DNA of 64,000 nucleotides from the human T2T-CHM13v2.0 reference genome, Homo sapiens. The notes beneath the pieces are model-generated. The model was given only the letters and a program-made list of their open reading frames with translations, had not been told where the DNA came from and did no database searches. The translations under genes were made by a program, and so were the position numbers. Shown in pieces: positions 52,613-64,000 of this stretch (positions are counted from its first letter, which is position 1; every line of letters begins with the position of its first letter). The stretch is taken from assembly GCF_009914755.1 (NCBI RefSeq), contig NC_060942.1; one strand, written 5' to 3'.

Positions 52613-54382
52613 CCTATGCGAGCGTTTTCACCATTGGAATTGGAAGCGCTTCACTGTGGACTGTTGAGCTCTGGCGTGCAGGGCCCTGTCCTGCTCTGAG
52701 CTGAGGGTGTCTGAGTGCCACAGAGGTGTGGGTGAGCACCCAGGCTCCTGGGCCCGCTCCTGTCGCAGCTCACTTTCTGTCCTCTAGAGCAGGCAGCTTA
52801 TCTTGCTGTGAGAGACAATTCCTTCCTAAGTCCGTTTCTTTAAACTCAGTAAAGGTTCCACGGTGATTCTTCCTGTGCAACTTTGAAAACAGCGATATCA
52901 CATTTCTTGATGGCCGAGAATGTTGCCTCTACTTTTGCAGCATATTTTACTCTGTCATCTAACAGTGCTGGGCACCCATGCTGGCAGCCCCAGTGCTAGG
53001 GGACCCACGCCCATGCTCTTGTGTTATGCCTGGGCCCCCTGGGGAGCACTGTCCTGGATTCCTGCCTACTGGTCCTCTCGGCTGATGACGGATGGTGAAA
53101 TTGCAGCCCCCAAGTGACCTTGGTGCCTTCTAGCTGAGAGAGTCACGGATCTCAGTTGGGAACACATGGTGCCAAGGTGCCATGGGCTGGTTTCTGCAAG
53201 TTGTTTGCAAGTCCTAGAAATGACAGTGACCTGTAAGCAAGAAGCTTGGGACCTCTATATGTCAGGAAGTGACATGTGCAGTGCTCCCTGGGCATTTTCT
53301 TTGTTCCAGAGAAGCTGGAACACCTGGCATCATGCAGAACACCAACACGAGGATATAGTCAGGAGGACCTCATTCTCTGCCCCGTCGATGCCGTGGTGCG
53401 CATGATTATTATTTTGTTTACTGGGGAAGAGGCTTCCCCTTTGTGCTGGGCCTGCCTGCTCTGGAATTCTCAGAGGAGCCTCATCATTCTGACTATCTCT
53501 GAGCGGGAGCTACAGTGGGAGTGGGCAGGCTCCTGGGACCTGGACAGGGTGGGAGGCTGTTTCCCACGGTGCAGGCTGGGGCCGACTCCTACTAGGCCTG
53601 GTTGCACTTGCTCTCACTTGCCATGGGTTTTTAGCACAGTGGTCCCCTCATGCACCTGCTGAGGGGCCTCTGCACACTCACGGGAGGAAGCCTGTCCTCC
53701 AGGGCTGCCTGTCCCTGAGTAGAAATGCAACTGTCAGGGTGCTTAGGATGGTGTGGTGTGGCGGGTGAAGGTGGACTTGAGTCCATAACCTTTGTAGAGC
53801 AGACACTGACTCAGCAATAAAATGAGGTGACTGTTTATTAATGGCAATTTAAGTCCAGGACTGTCGGCCTCTGCCCTTTCATATGTGCGATAAACTTAGC
53901 ACGGCGTGGCGGGCTGCAGGACGGAATAGTAAACAAAGTGCGTGGCGGTATGCATTTTAAGCTTTTCTTTTGATGGGTTCTCTGTGTACTGTGTGTAGGA
54001 TGCCCCGGGATATCAGCTTTCCCTACCCTTGCTGTAAACTTGTGCATGAGTGTGCGACACTGCTGGATGTCACCTGCGCGACTCTGGTGCACCCCTCATA
54101 GAGGCTGCTCTGAATGTGGCTCCAGAGCTTCTCTCATCTCATTTATTATTAGAGACATAAAAGTAATTTAGCTGATAGGAAAATGTAATTTTTTCTTCAT
54201 CATAGCATTAGATTAATTGACGGTGATGTGATTATCCCGAGTAAATCTACCCAGTGTTATAGAATGCCCACAGTGCTTAGGCGCTATGTTAGCACCGCAG
54301 TTGGAGGCAAAGATGAACAAGACAATGCATTGTGCCTCAAGTCACTTACATATGTTAACTGACTTTTCTAATTTGTACCAAG

Positions 54383-54418
54383 GTCTATGACCATACCACC
54401 CTGAACACACCTGATCTC
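54383..54418 (+). pseudogene. 3'-truncated (tailless) 5S rRNA retropseudogene, nt 1-36
   Basis: GTCTATGACCATACCACCCTGAACACACCTGATCTC versus 5S rRNA GTCTACGGCCATACCACCCTGAACGCGCCCGATCTC: 31/36, with 4 of 5 changes at CpG. Flanked by TSD TTCTAATTTGTACCAAG (54366-54382 and 54419-54435). Confidence 0.9.
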
Positions 54419-54944
54419 TTCTAATTTGTACCAAGGTTACCTGAGGGTACTAACACCGGTAGGAGCTGTATGAGTGCATCTTGTCCAGGGTTTCACCCCC
54501 TTGGGAGCAGATGGCCATTCGGAGCTCAGAGAATCTTTGCCTGGCCAAATGGTGGGCGTGGACCTGGCCAGCTTCTGAGAAAGGGAGCCAGGAGCTGATA
54601 GGGCAGTGGAACCACCTGTCTGCCTTGGAGATATTTTCTTCACAGCCCTCACCATTGCTTTTAATGACATATTTGTGTGTTTCTTATACTAGGGTCTGTC
54701 CCACCACGTTCCTGAGGGTAGGACCTAGGTCCCTTTGTATTAATTGTTCTAAGAACTCCATGTTTAAGAAACCATAATTAGTCAGTTTGACAAACGGCAC
54801 CCCCCTGCCCATTTCCACATCTTCAAAACTGGAATTTGGTTTATAATTGATCAGGTCTTACAACTACAATTGTTTGTATTTTCTTTTTCTTTCTTGTTGG
54901 CACACAAAATATAGTGTGTTACAATTACTGTCACCTTATATTCA

Positions 54945-55622
<678 letters not shown>

Positions 55623-56559
55623 AGGCACACAGCTTATTAATCGAGCTTCCTTTTGGCTTGGAAGTTAGGATGCCTTTTCTTCTTCTCTCCCGTAGCTCCT
55701 TTTTTTTCTTTCTCTTTCTCGTCTTTTTCTTCCTTCTTTTTTTGCTTTTAGAAAGTTTGTTGGGTTTTGTAAATCCCATACAGTGAATATGGGTTACTTT
55801 TTAAGCAATGGAAATAAGTTTACTGAAGTGATGATGATTACATCATTTGGCTTTGTGTGCACAGGGTGAAGGTCTCTAAGAACATCTTACTGAGACTTCA
55901 GAGGAGCTGTGTGATCCTGCCTTTGTGTCACAGCCCACCCCTGACCCCCAAATAGGCCTGCCCATGAAGAGCTGGGTTCTGCCTGTTTTCCACATTACCT
56001 CCGTGACATGGTATAATCACACTGTTTATTGTTTTTTGTTTGTTTGTTTGTTTTTTCACTAGGGAAGTAACTGGCTAGTTTCATAATACAGATGAGACCA
56101 GGCCTCATGGCAGTGAGTGAGTGATTGAGGAGGGCCTGGAAGGGGTGGGTAGGCTGCTGCCTCCCCTCCCAGGGAAGGGGGAGATGTGTGGGGGCCCCCT
56201 TGGGGATCCTGTGTAAAATGCTTAATTGCCCTCTAGGGATCTGTCCTTAACTATAGATGATTCCTCACCATATTGTTTGTGGTTACCCTGCCTATAGATT
56301 ATTAAATAACCTTGTCTCTTATTTATTGCCATTAGACACAGGAAGACTTTAAGCTACTGATAGATAGGTCAGACTATTAACCTATTGTATCTTATGTGCA
56401 ATTTACATTCTTAAACATTTCTATCTTCAACCTGTATCTTATTTAGTTTCTAGAACATATGCCAATTTTGTATTATATCTGACAGCATGAACATTCTCTA
56501 AACTAATTCTTAATGGACTGTTTCATTCTTAGATTAGGGACAGCTTGGGCCATTCGCAA

Positions 56560-57370
56560 GCTGGAGGAGAAGAGTTTCAGATGAATTCCAGTTAGTACAT
56601 GTAGAAGAATTGAGGAAAATAGAAAATCACCATCAGAACATCATAATAATGATGCTGTAGGTGAGACCTGATACTGGGTGCTGAAATTAGTCAATGAGAA
56701 AGGAGAAACAAGATATTTGAATAGTCTCAAAGTGTCTTTCCAAGTATAAATGTTTATTAATTATGAAAAGAAAATAGTAGGTTTAGAGTGAAGGAAACTG
56801 GCAAACACTGAGTGCTCAAGGTCAACATCAGCAACAATAAACATACCCACACGTGGTACCCCAGGGCACGACGCACTGAGTGGGCACACTGCCTCTGTGG
56901 TGTTCTTCCCAGTAATGCAGAATCTTATTCTAATCGTGATAAGACACCGCACAGACCCAAATCGAAGGACGTTCTGCAAAACACTGGACCAGCAGTTTTC
57001 AAAAGTGTCAAGGCTCTGAAAGGCAAGGAGGGACTTCCGACCTGACATGGCATGGGGGGCGCTAAGGAGACGGGACAAACACACCACAGGCTCCTAGATG
57101 GGATCCTGATGGGGGGCGCTAAGGAGACGGGACAAACACACCACAGGCTCCTAGATGGGATCCTGGGATAGAAGAGGGACATTATTCAGAAAAACTGGTG
57201 AAATTCAAATAATAATAGGAGTATGCCAATTTAATTTCTTAGTTTTGATGATTGCACTGCAGCTGTCAGATGTAAACACTGGAGAAGGTGGGTTAAGGAG
57301 AGTAGACAGGAACTCTAGTGATTTTACAACTCTTCCTCACATTTAAAATTATCTCAAAGTAAGAAGTTTA
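56560..57370 (+). mobile_element. L1MC/MD-type 3'UTR fragment
   Basis: caaggtcaacatcagcaac...gggatcctgggatagaagagggacatt...aaaactggtgaaattcaaataa. Confidence 0.65.
57052..57165. repeat. Perfect 57-bp tandem duplication
   Basis: atggggggcgctaaggagacgggacaaacacaccacaggctcctagatgggatcctg at 57052 and 57109. Confidence 0.95.
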
Positions 57371-57840
57371 CAGAAACCTTTATGGGTATGTATACCCTTT
57401 TAATTGACATTCAGTTTTGCTATTGTTTACACAGTGAGGCTTAATCTGCATTAATGGATGGAAACATAGCATATAAGGAGTCCAGGATGACAGATAATGG
57501 CCTACACTGGACTTTGAAATATGTTGTGTATACATTTCTCCTCCTTCCTCAGATTTGCCTTGTGATTAGGCTAACAATCTAAGAGATAAGGCCAATCAGG
57601 TTAGATGCTGGCAGGAAATTCATAAAACTGATTATTTCTTGGGAAACTGAAAGCTCTGTTTGTAAAAGGCTAGCTTGATTTCAGTGGATGGCTTTTTGTT
57701 AGTGGGAAGTGGAGATTCAGGGCAAAATGCAGGAATGGGTTTTTAGGGTACAGTGGCTGCCCCTCCAGTTGAAGGTCCATGGGGTGCATTCTCATGGCCA
57801 CCAGAGAAGATGGCAGTTAGTTATTATAAGTATCAATACG

Positions 57841-58150
57841 GGCCAGGTGCGGTGGCTTACGCCTATAATCCCAGCACTTTGGTAGACTGAGGCGGGTGGA
57901 TTGCTTGCATCCAGGAGTTTAAGACCAGCCTGGGCAACATAGCAAAATCCCGTCTCTACTAAAAATACAAACATTTAGCTGGGTGTTGTGGCATGCACCT
58001 GTATTCCCAGCTACTTGGGAAGCTGAGGTAGGAGGATCACCTGAGTCTGGGAGGTGAAGTTTGAAGTGAGCTGAGATTGTGCCACTGCACTTCAACCTGG
58101 GTGACAGAACCAGACCCTGTCTCAAAAAAAAAAAAAAGAAAGAAAAAAAA
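57841..58150 (+). mobile_element. AluJ-type SINE
   Basis: Full dimer with an A tail. Confidence 0.9.
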
Positions 58151-58297
58151 GTGCCTCTATAGAGTCCTAAGAGCAAAATCATCTTTTGTTAGTATGCTTA
58201 TCTCATAGTTTTGCCGTTAAGTGCTTAACAAATGCTTGAACAAAGCATTTGCTATTAGACTAATATGTTACTACTTCCAAGTATTTTACTTGGATAC

Positions 58298-58661
58298 TGA
58301 TATGGTTTGGCTGTGTCCTTACCCAAATCTCATCTTGAATTGTAGTTTCCATAATTCCCACCTGTCGTGAGAGGGACCCAGTTGGAGGTAATTGAATCAC
58401 AGGGATGAGTCTTTCCTATGCTGTTCTCATGATAGTGAATAAGTCTCATGTGATCTGATGGTTTTATAAAGGGCAGTTCCCCTGCACACGCTCTCTTGCC
58501 TGCTACCAGGTAAGACGTGACTTTGCTCCTCATTTGCCTTCAGCCATGATTGTGAGGCCTCCCCAGCCATGTGGAACTGTGAGTCCATTAAACCTCTTTC
58601 CTTTATAAATTATCCAGTCCCTGTTATGTCTTTATTAGCAGTGTGAGAACAGAATAATACA
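58298..58661 (+). mobile_element. THE1 (THE1B-like) MaLR solo LTR
   Basis: TGATATGGTTTGGCTGTGTCC...AATACA termini, 364 bp, 5-bp TSD GATAC (58293-58297 and 58662-58666), TATAAA at 58465 and ATTAAA at 58587. Confidence 0.93.
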
Positions 58662-58717
58662 GATACTTTTGTTGAAATTGCCATCATGAGACCCAACCCA
58701 GTAGTCTGCACCCAAGT

Positions 58718-59015
58718 TCTTTTTTGTTTCTTTGAGACAGAGTCTTACTCTGTTTTCCAGGCTGGAGTGCAGTGGGGCAATCATGGCTCACTGTAGCCTT
58801 GACCTCCTGGGCTCAAGCAGTCCTCCCACCCCAGCCTCTTGAGTAGCTGATTACAGGTGCACATCACCAATGCCCAGCTAATTAAAAAAATTGTTTGGTA
58901 GAGATAGGGTCTCACTATGTTGCCCAGGCTGGTCTCAAACTCCTGGACTCAAGTGATCCTCCCACCTCAGCCTCCCAAGTGTTGAGATTACAGGGATGAG
59001 CCATCACGCCTGGCC
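58718..59015 (-). mobile_element. AluJ-type SINE
   Basis: Full dimer in antisense. Confidence 0.9.
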
Positions 59016-59369
59016 TGCACTGAGTTCTTAAGTTAGTATTTGCTCAGGGCAATTCCCTAACTCTTTGACAGTAGTCAGATCAGTGGCATGACTTTGCCTC
59101 AGTTACTGCATTGTCTGCTACTTCCTCATATGTAATCTCTGGCCCCATCACACTGCCTACTATTCCTAGAGCATGACATGTCCTTTACACCCAGCCTCTG
59201 TTCTTTCCAGCTCTTAAAGTATCCTTATCTTTCTTTTCTCTCTGAAAAATTTCTGCTCATTTTCAGCACTCAGGTCAGCTAATATCTCCCTTATAAAGAA
59301 GTATTATCATAAGGTTCCATATTTCTCTATTATAACATTTACCATGGTGTTTCTATTTGAATGAATGAG

Positions 59370-59690
59370 ATTCATTCACTTCTCTCTCATCCATTCATAT
59401 GATATTGATCGAGTGCCTATTATGGACTAGGTACATGAGGAACTAGAGAGACAGCAGTGAAGGTTCAGACAGGGTCCCCGACTTTATGGGCCTCCACTCC
59501 AGCAGGGCAGGTGGACTGAACTAGCTATATAATTACGGTGGTGAGAAAAGGATTTGTTTACCTGTTAGCATTTCTAGATTATGAGCTCTTGGAGGGCATG
59601 GATTTTTGTCTTCCTTGTTTTTGAAGCCCCAGTGTCTTAGAATAGCACCCGGCAGCCAGTAGGCGCTCCGTAAGTGAACGAATGAACTGA
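59370..59690. mobile_element. L2 fragments
   Basis: ttcattcact...attgatcgagtgcctattatgg and tagattatgagctcttggagggcatgg...taggcgctccgtaagtgaacgaatgaa. Confidence 0.55.
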
Positions 59691-60544
59691 GCACTTAATG
59701 TACCAATTTGTACATGATCTTATGGACGATCACTTTGCTCCCAGCAGCTTCTCAAATTTTTATTGATCTATGAACCGAGCTGAGAAGTTCATAGTTGAAG
59801 ACTGTCCTGAGCTTCCTGGATGCGCTGCTTCCTTCTCCTGGTACGTAGTAAGGGCAGCGTGTGTGACCTGACAGGATCACAGCAAGGCTGTGCATCAGTC
59901 AGGATTCTTCTTGCAGGCAACAGCCACCACCAGCAGGAAAGGCTCCTCTTGAGCCTTGCTGTCTTCTCATGTTTCCAGTGCCACGTCAAGCCCAGGATGG
60001 TGCTTTGAGTGGAGCTTGGGTCGCATGACTGTGCTTGGCTGTAAGGAAGGTTGGAATCCAGTGCTGTGCTTGTATCTGCGTTTTCTGTTGCAAAGGCACT
60101 CCCTTTCCCACAGACCTATCAAGTGGGGAGGGAAGGAGGTTTCAGTGCTTGGCAAGAAATATCACTGTACATGTTCACTACTCACTGACATGTAATTGGT
60201 CAACTGTTCGTAAATTCCGGCTATTTTGTGTTTAAGCTGATAGAGAATTCTGACAAAGTAAATGTGAGCTTCTGCGGAAGTTTCTATCACAGTATTTTTA
60301 AACATGCATCAATATCTTTGTAAATTGAATTGCTCCGTTTAACCTCATCTCATAGTGTGATCAATCGAGGCCTCAGGTCTCTGACCAGGCACTTGCAGTA
60401 ATTTTTCAAGAACACTGTATTTGACAGAAACAGCCTGGTAGAATGTGATTTGGGAAAAGGGATAATGTCTTCAATTGAGTACGGAAATTATGTCTTTAAA
60501 CGTCTGGGAATTCTATTCAATCATTCAGTCAACTGTCAACATTT

Positions 60545-60707
60545 ACTGGATGTCCAGTGTTTGCAGTGACCTAACGATTGCTGTGTAGTGATTTGCATTC
60601 TTTAGTAAGTTTTTCCAAGAAGTTTTATATCTTCTTTCTAGGAGAGAGTATGGTTGGGCTGGGCGGGGTGGCACACGCCTGTAATCTCAGCGACTGTGGG
60701 AAGCTGA
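60545..60707. repeat. Copy 1 of a ~160-bp direct duplication (partner 61838-61999), including the 5' end of a FLAM
   Basis: Both copies share the identical core atttgcattctttagtaagtttttccaagaagttttatatcttctttct. Confidence 0.92.
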
Positions 60708-60786
60708 GGCAGAGGAGTGCTTGAGCCCAGGAGTAGGAGTGCAGCCCATGCAACATAGAGAAACTCCAGAAATTAAAAAAAAAAAA
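60657..60786 (+). mobile_element. FLAM-type Alu monomer
   Basis: ggctgggcggggtggcacacgcctgtaatctcagc...gcttgagcccaggag plus an A tail. Confidence 0.75.
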
Positions 60787-61837
60787 TTTTTTTTTAAATC
60801 ACTGGGAAAAGAAATAATTATAAGAGAGTACCTGCGTTTCTACCCATACCCGAGGTTTTCTTGTTTGTGATCATTAAATAAGTGGATGGTGTTGCTCTGG
60901 TGGTGTGCTGGACATATTTTCTCAAACCAGAGGTGCACTATAGTCCACCATGCTTTGTTCCAAAATTTGTAGTGGAGGTCTACCTCATGCCTCGTTTTGT
61001 GCCAGGCACAAATGAAATCCAGAGATGAACATCTTGGGGTGCCTGCCTTAGCAGGCAAGACTCTTGGTTGAAGGGACAGCAGGTGGGCCTTGGGGCCAGG
61101 CATCCTTGGGAGATGCCTCCATCCCCACCATTGCTTGGCTTTGTTGCTTTGGGCAAGTCACATGACCTCTTGGAGCCCGTTTCATCCTTGTAGGATGGGG
61201 TTACTGATACCCACCTCATTGCACTAAGTGGGCCAGTGAATGTACAGTTCAGTACCTTCCTCATGCAGTTGGCATCTCTATTGTCACTGTCACTTAGAGG
61301 CCAGAGGACAGGCAGGACCCAGACACTGGAGTGCATTTGATGCCAGGCTGTGGAATTTGAATTTTACAAAGAGGAATCATGTTTCCATTTACTAATTACA
61401 CGATTAACTGGAGAATATGCTAAAGTCCCCCATTGTCACAAATTACAGTTTCTTTCTTACTTTTGCATTTCTGTGTTTGCTGCAGCCCAGCAGGAGGTCC
61501 ATTAAACCAAAAGGACTCATTATCTCCTCAGGACAGGGATGGTGAGGGAGGAGGCTGGCTTGCAGACACCTGCCCTTGCTGTCCTCAGCAGGAAAGGGTG
61601 GGGAGCTCGAGAAGGAGAAGCCCACACGCCCTTCTGTCCTTGGACTGTGTAGACCTTCTTAGGGTGGCTTCATTATTTGCCAGGCAGTAAACTCCCTGAT
61701 TATCAGACACATCTGTATGCCAAGCGAAGTATTAAAACAGACTCTTTGCAAAGCCTATGGAAGTGTTTTTTGGGCAACCACTCTTGGTACTGTTTTCATG
61801 CATGACCTTGGATAATTGACATTTGTCTGTGGTTCAA

Positions 61838-61999
61838 ACTGGAGATGTCCAGTGCTTACAGATACCTAAAGATTGCTGTGTAGTAATTTGCATTCTTTAG
61901 TAAGTTTTTCCAAGAAGTTTTATATCTTCTTTCTGTGAGAGTACAGCTGGGCTGGGCAGTGTGGTCCATGCCTGTAATCTCAGCTACTCTGGGAGGCTG
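61838..61999. repeat. Copy 2 of the ~160-bp direct duplication
   Basis: Offset about 1293 bp; ends abruptly about 50 nt into the copied Alu monomer. Confidence 0.92.
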
Positions 62000-63749
62000 G
62001 TTGTGGGGGCATCTGTTGCCTGGAGGTCTCTGGAATAATACAACACAGGGCCCTGAGCCCCAGAAATGCTGGCTTATTCCTCTTGAGTTTCCTCCTCAGT
62101 TAAGGGATTATTCAGGTTTCCAAAACACACAGTCTCTTATGACCTGAGAAAGGTCTCTCATTTGCATTTGCTCATTACGGTGGGTAATAGACTGGAAGTA
62201 TGACCTTTCTCCAGTTAACGACCCTTCCCCACAGACGAGGCTTGCGTGCCTGTGTCTATAGCACATAGTGCGCCTGAGCTGATGATGTGGCTCTTCTGAA
62301 CAGCTGCGGTGGCAGCCCTGAGGCCAAGGCCCCGGCTACTCTAGGCTGGGTGTGGGGTGGGAGGTGTGCTTTCCCACCAAAGGAAGTCTGGTTGTATAGG
62401 CAGACTTGTCTCCCCGGTGGTTAGGGCTGTCTGAGGAGCTGCTCTTGTTTCCAAGAGTTTCAGGTACGTAGTGTACTGAGGGGAGCCCCCAGGATTAATA
62501 CACAAAGTGGATGACACCTCCAGGTTACTAGAGAGGCAAACCTCACCCCCCCAGGACGGTCCCTTGCAAACCCTTGCAGTCCGCCATATCCATCTTTCCC
62601 ACTGGATTCCAGTTCTCCAAGGAAAAGCCAGGGCCTGGAGCCAGGGCCACGCTGCCCGGTGTCCCAGCCCAGCAGGCATCAGGGTGGGTGGGGAGCCTGG
62701 GCTGCCCGGAGGGGTGCTCCCTCTATGCCCTTGTACCCCACGTGGCTCCTTCTTTGAAGCTGTGTCTCAGTCCCAGGGGAGAGCCTTCCAGGATGGAGGT
62801 TGAGAGGAGGGGAACGTGCATGGCTCTGTCTTCATCTCTGCGGTGACTTGCGTCGTAGGAGAGCTTTGGTGTGGGCTGTGCTGGCCAGTCATCACAGTGC
62901 CCTGCAGGGCGCAGGGCTGAGGGCAGGCTGACCAGACCTTCCATGAAGAGATCGGGCTGGCGGGGACACTGGAGTCCTCACCCTGCTGAGTCCAGCTCTG
63001 CCACACGTGGGCTATTCTGAGCTATGGCGAGTCATCATCCTCAGTTTCCCTTTGGCGAAGTGGGCCCAGTGATGCCCAGGAGCACCTTTTGAGGGTTGAG
63101 TGTGCAGCTTTAAATGCGAATGCCCACGATTCTGTGTTCTCCAGCCAAGTGTGGGGTACCCAGACCTCTTCCAGTTCTTGCCCTTCTTTTAAGTGGTTTG
63201 CATGAGATCCTCCAAGCACTGTCACTTTTTGAAACCCTGGCTTTTGTTTCCAGTTTCCTTTTCCAACAATAACAGGAACTTTGTGTTTAGTGGTTGGTGG
63301 TTCCACCTTCACTTAATGGGTTCGTCATCTCTCTGGGCATGTGAGCAGGGCTCGGGATCACGTCTCTGCTATAGAGACACACGGTGAAAACAGGCTTCAG
63401 CAGAGAACCACCGTTTGAATTATATGATGGCTTAAAGAAAGCTCTGTGTCTACTTCTGACGTCTGTGTTTCTTGGTATGATGCTGGCACCTTAAAACATT
63501 TTTGCCCGTGTCTAGTAATATAGGAATTCATTCACTCATTTATTTATTCAACAAAATTTTCTTTGCTATTTGCAAAAATGTTATTTGCTATAGCAAATAA
63601 AAGCTATGCTCTATGCAATGGAAGAACACAGGTATGAACTATACAAGATTAATTCCTTTACAAAACTCTTAATAAAGGGAAAAACACTTATGAAAATAGA
63701 AGGTATCATTAATAATTATAGCATACACTTACATAATACTCTCTGTGCC

Positions 63750-63970
63750 ACACTATTCTTGGTGCTTTCTATTTATATTATTTCAATTAATCCTCATAGC
63801 AACGTGTGAGGTAGGTACTATTTCTGTCTCCTTTTTATAGCTAAGGGAACTGAACCACAGACAGGTTAAGTGGCTTGCGCAAGATTGCACAGCCAGTAAG
63901 TAGTAGAGCCAGCTTCGAAATCCAGGCACTCTTGCAGCAGTATCCACTCTTAATCACCTGTGCTACACTG
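63750..63970 (-). mobile_element. MIR
   Basis: taatcctcatagcaac...gaggtaggtactatt...gaactgaaccacagacaggttaagtggcttgcgcaag. Confidence 0.7.
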
Positions 63971-64000
63971 CCTTGGAAAGCAGTTGTTACATTAGAAAAG

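Noticed and set aside
60772-60799. A12-T9 fold-back at the FLAM tail
   Set aside because: It is a low-complexity poly(A)/poly(T) juxtaposition and not informative.

Overview
This is primate (human-like) genomic DNA, almost entirely intronic, and it has no prokaryotic features. The only recognisable coding sequence is the first coding exon of LDLRAD4 (C18orf1, human 18p11.21), on the + strand. That exon is about 422 nt, CpG-rich, at 34213-34634; its last 40 nt encode MPEAGFQATNAFT before a CAG|gtgagc donor. The rest is large introns carrying about 25 Alu/FLAM/FAM copies (many with target-site duplications), L1, L2/MIR, L3, hAT and Tigger DNA-transposon remnants, an ERVL LTR and an intact THE1B-type solo LTR. 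The supplied ORFs are best read as chance or repeat-derived. The observations most worth follow-up are: five uORFs in the ATG exon (one in frame with the CDS behind a single TAA); a tailless 5S rRNA retrocopy with a perfect TSD; a sense THE1 LTR with a consensus splice donor; several candidate unannotated exons, including a frame-preserving 45-nt cassette and a 22-nt microexon; a 27-bp near-perfect hairpin; three local duplications of apparently unique sequence (one inverted, two direct about 1.3 kb apart); a minisatellite born at an Alu junction; and a switch-region-like G-rich VNTR. I see no demonstrable new biological system. All functional ideas are hypotheses, and repeat subfamily calls are from memory of consensus sequences, not from a database search.
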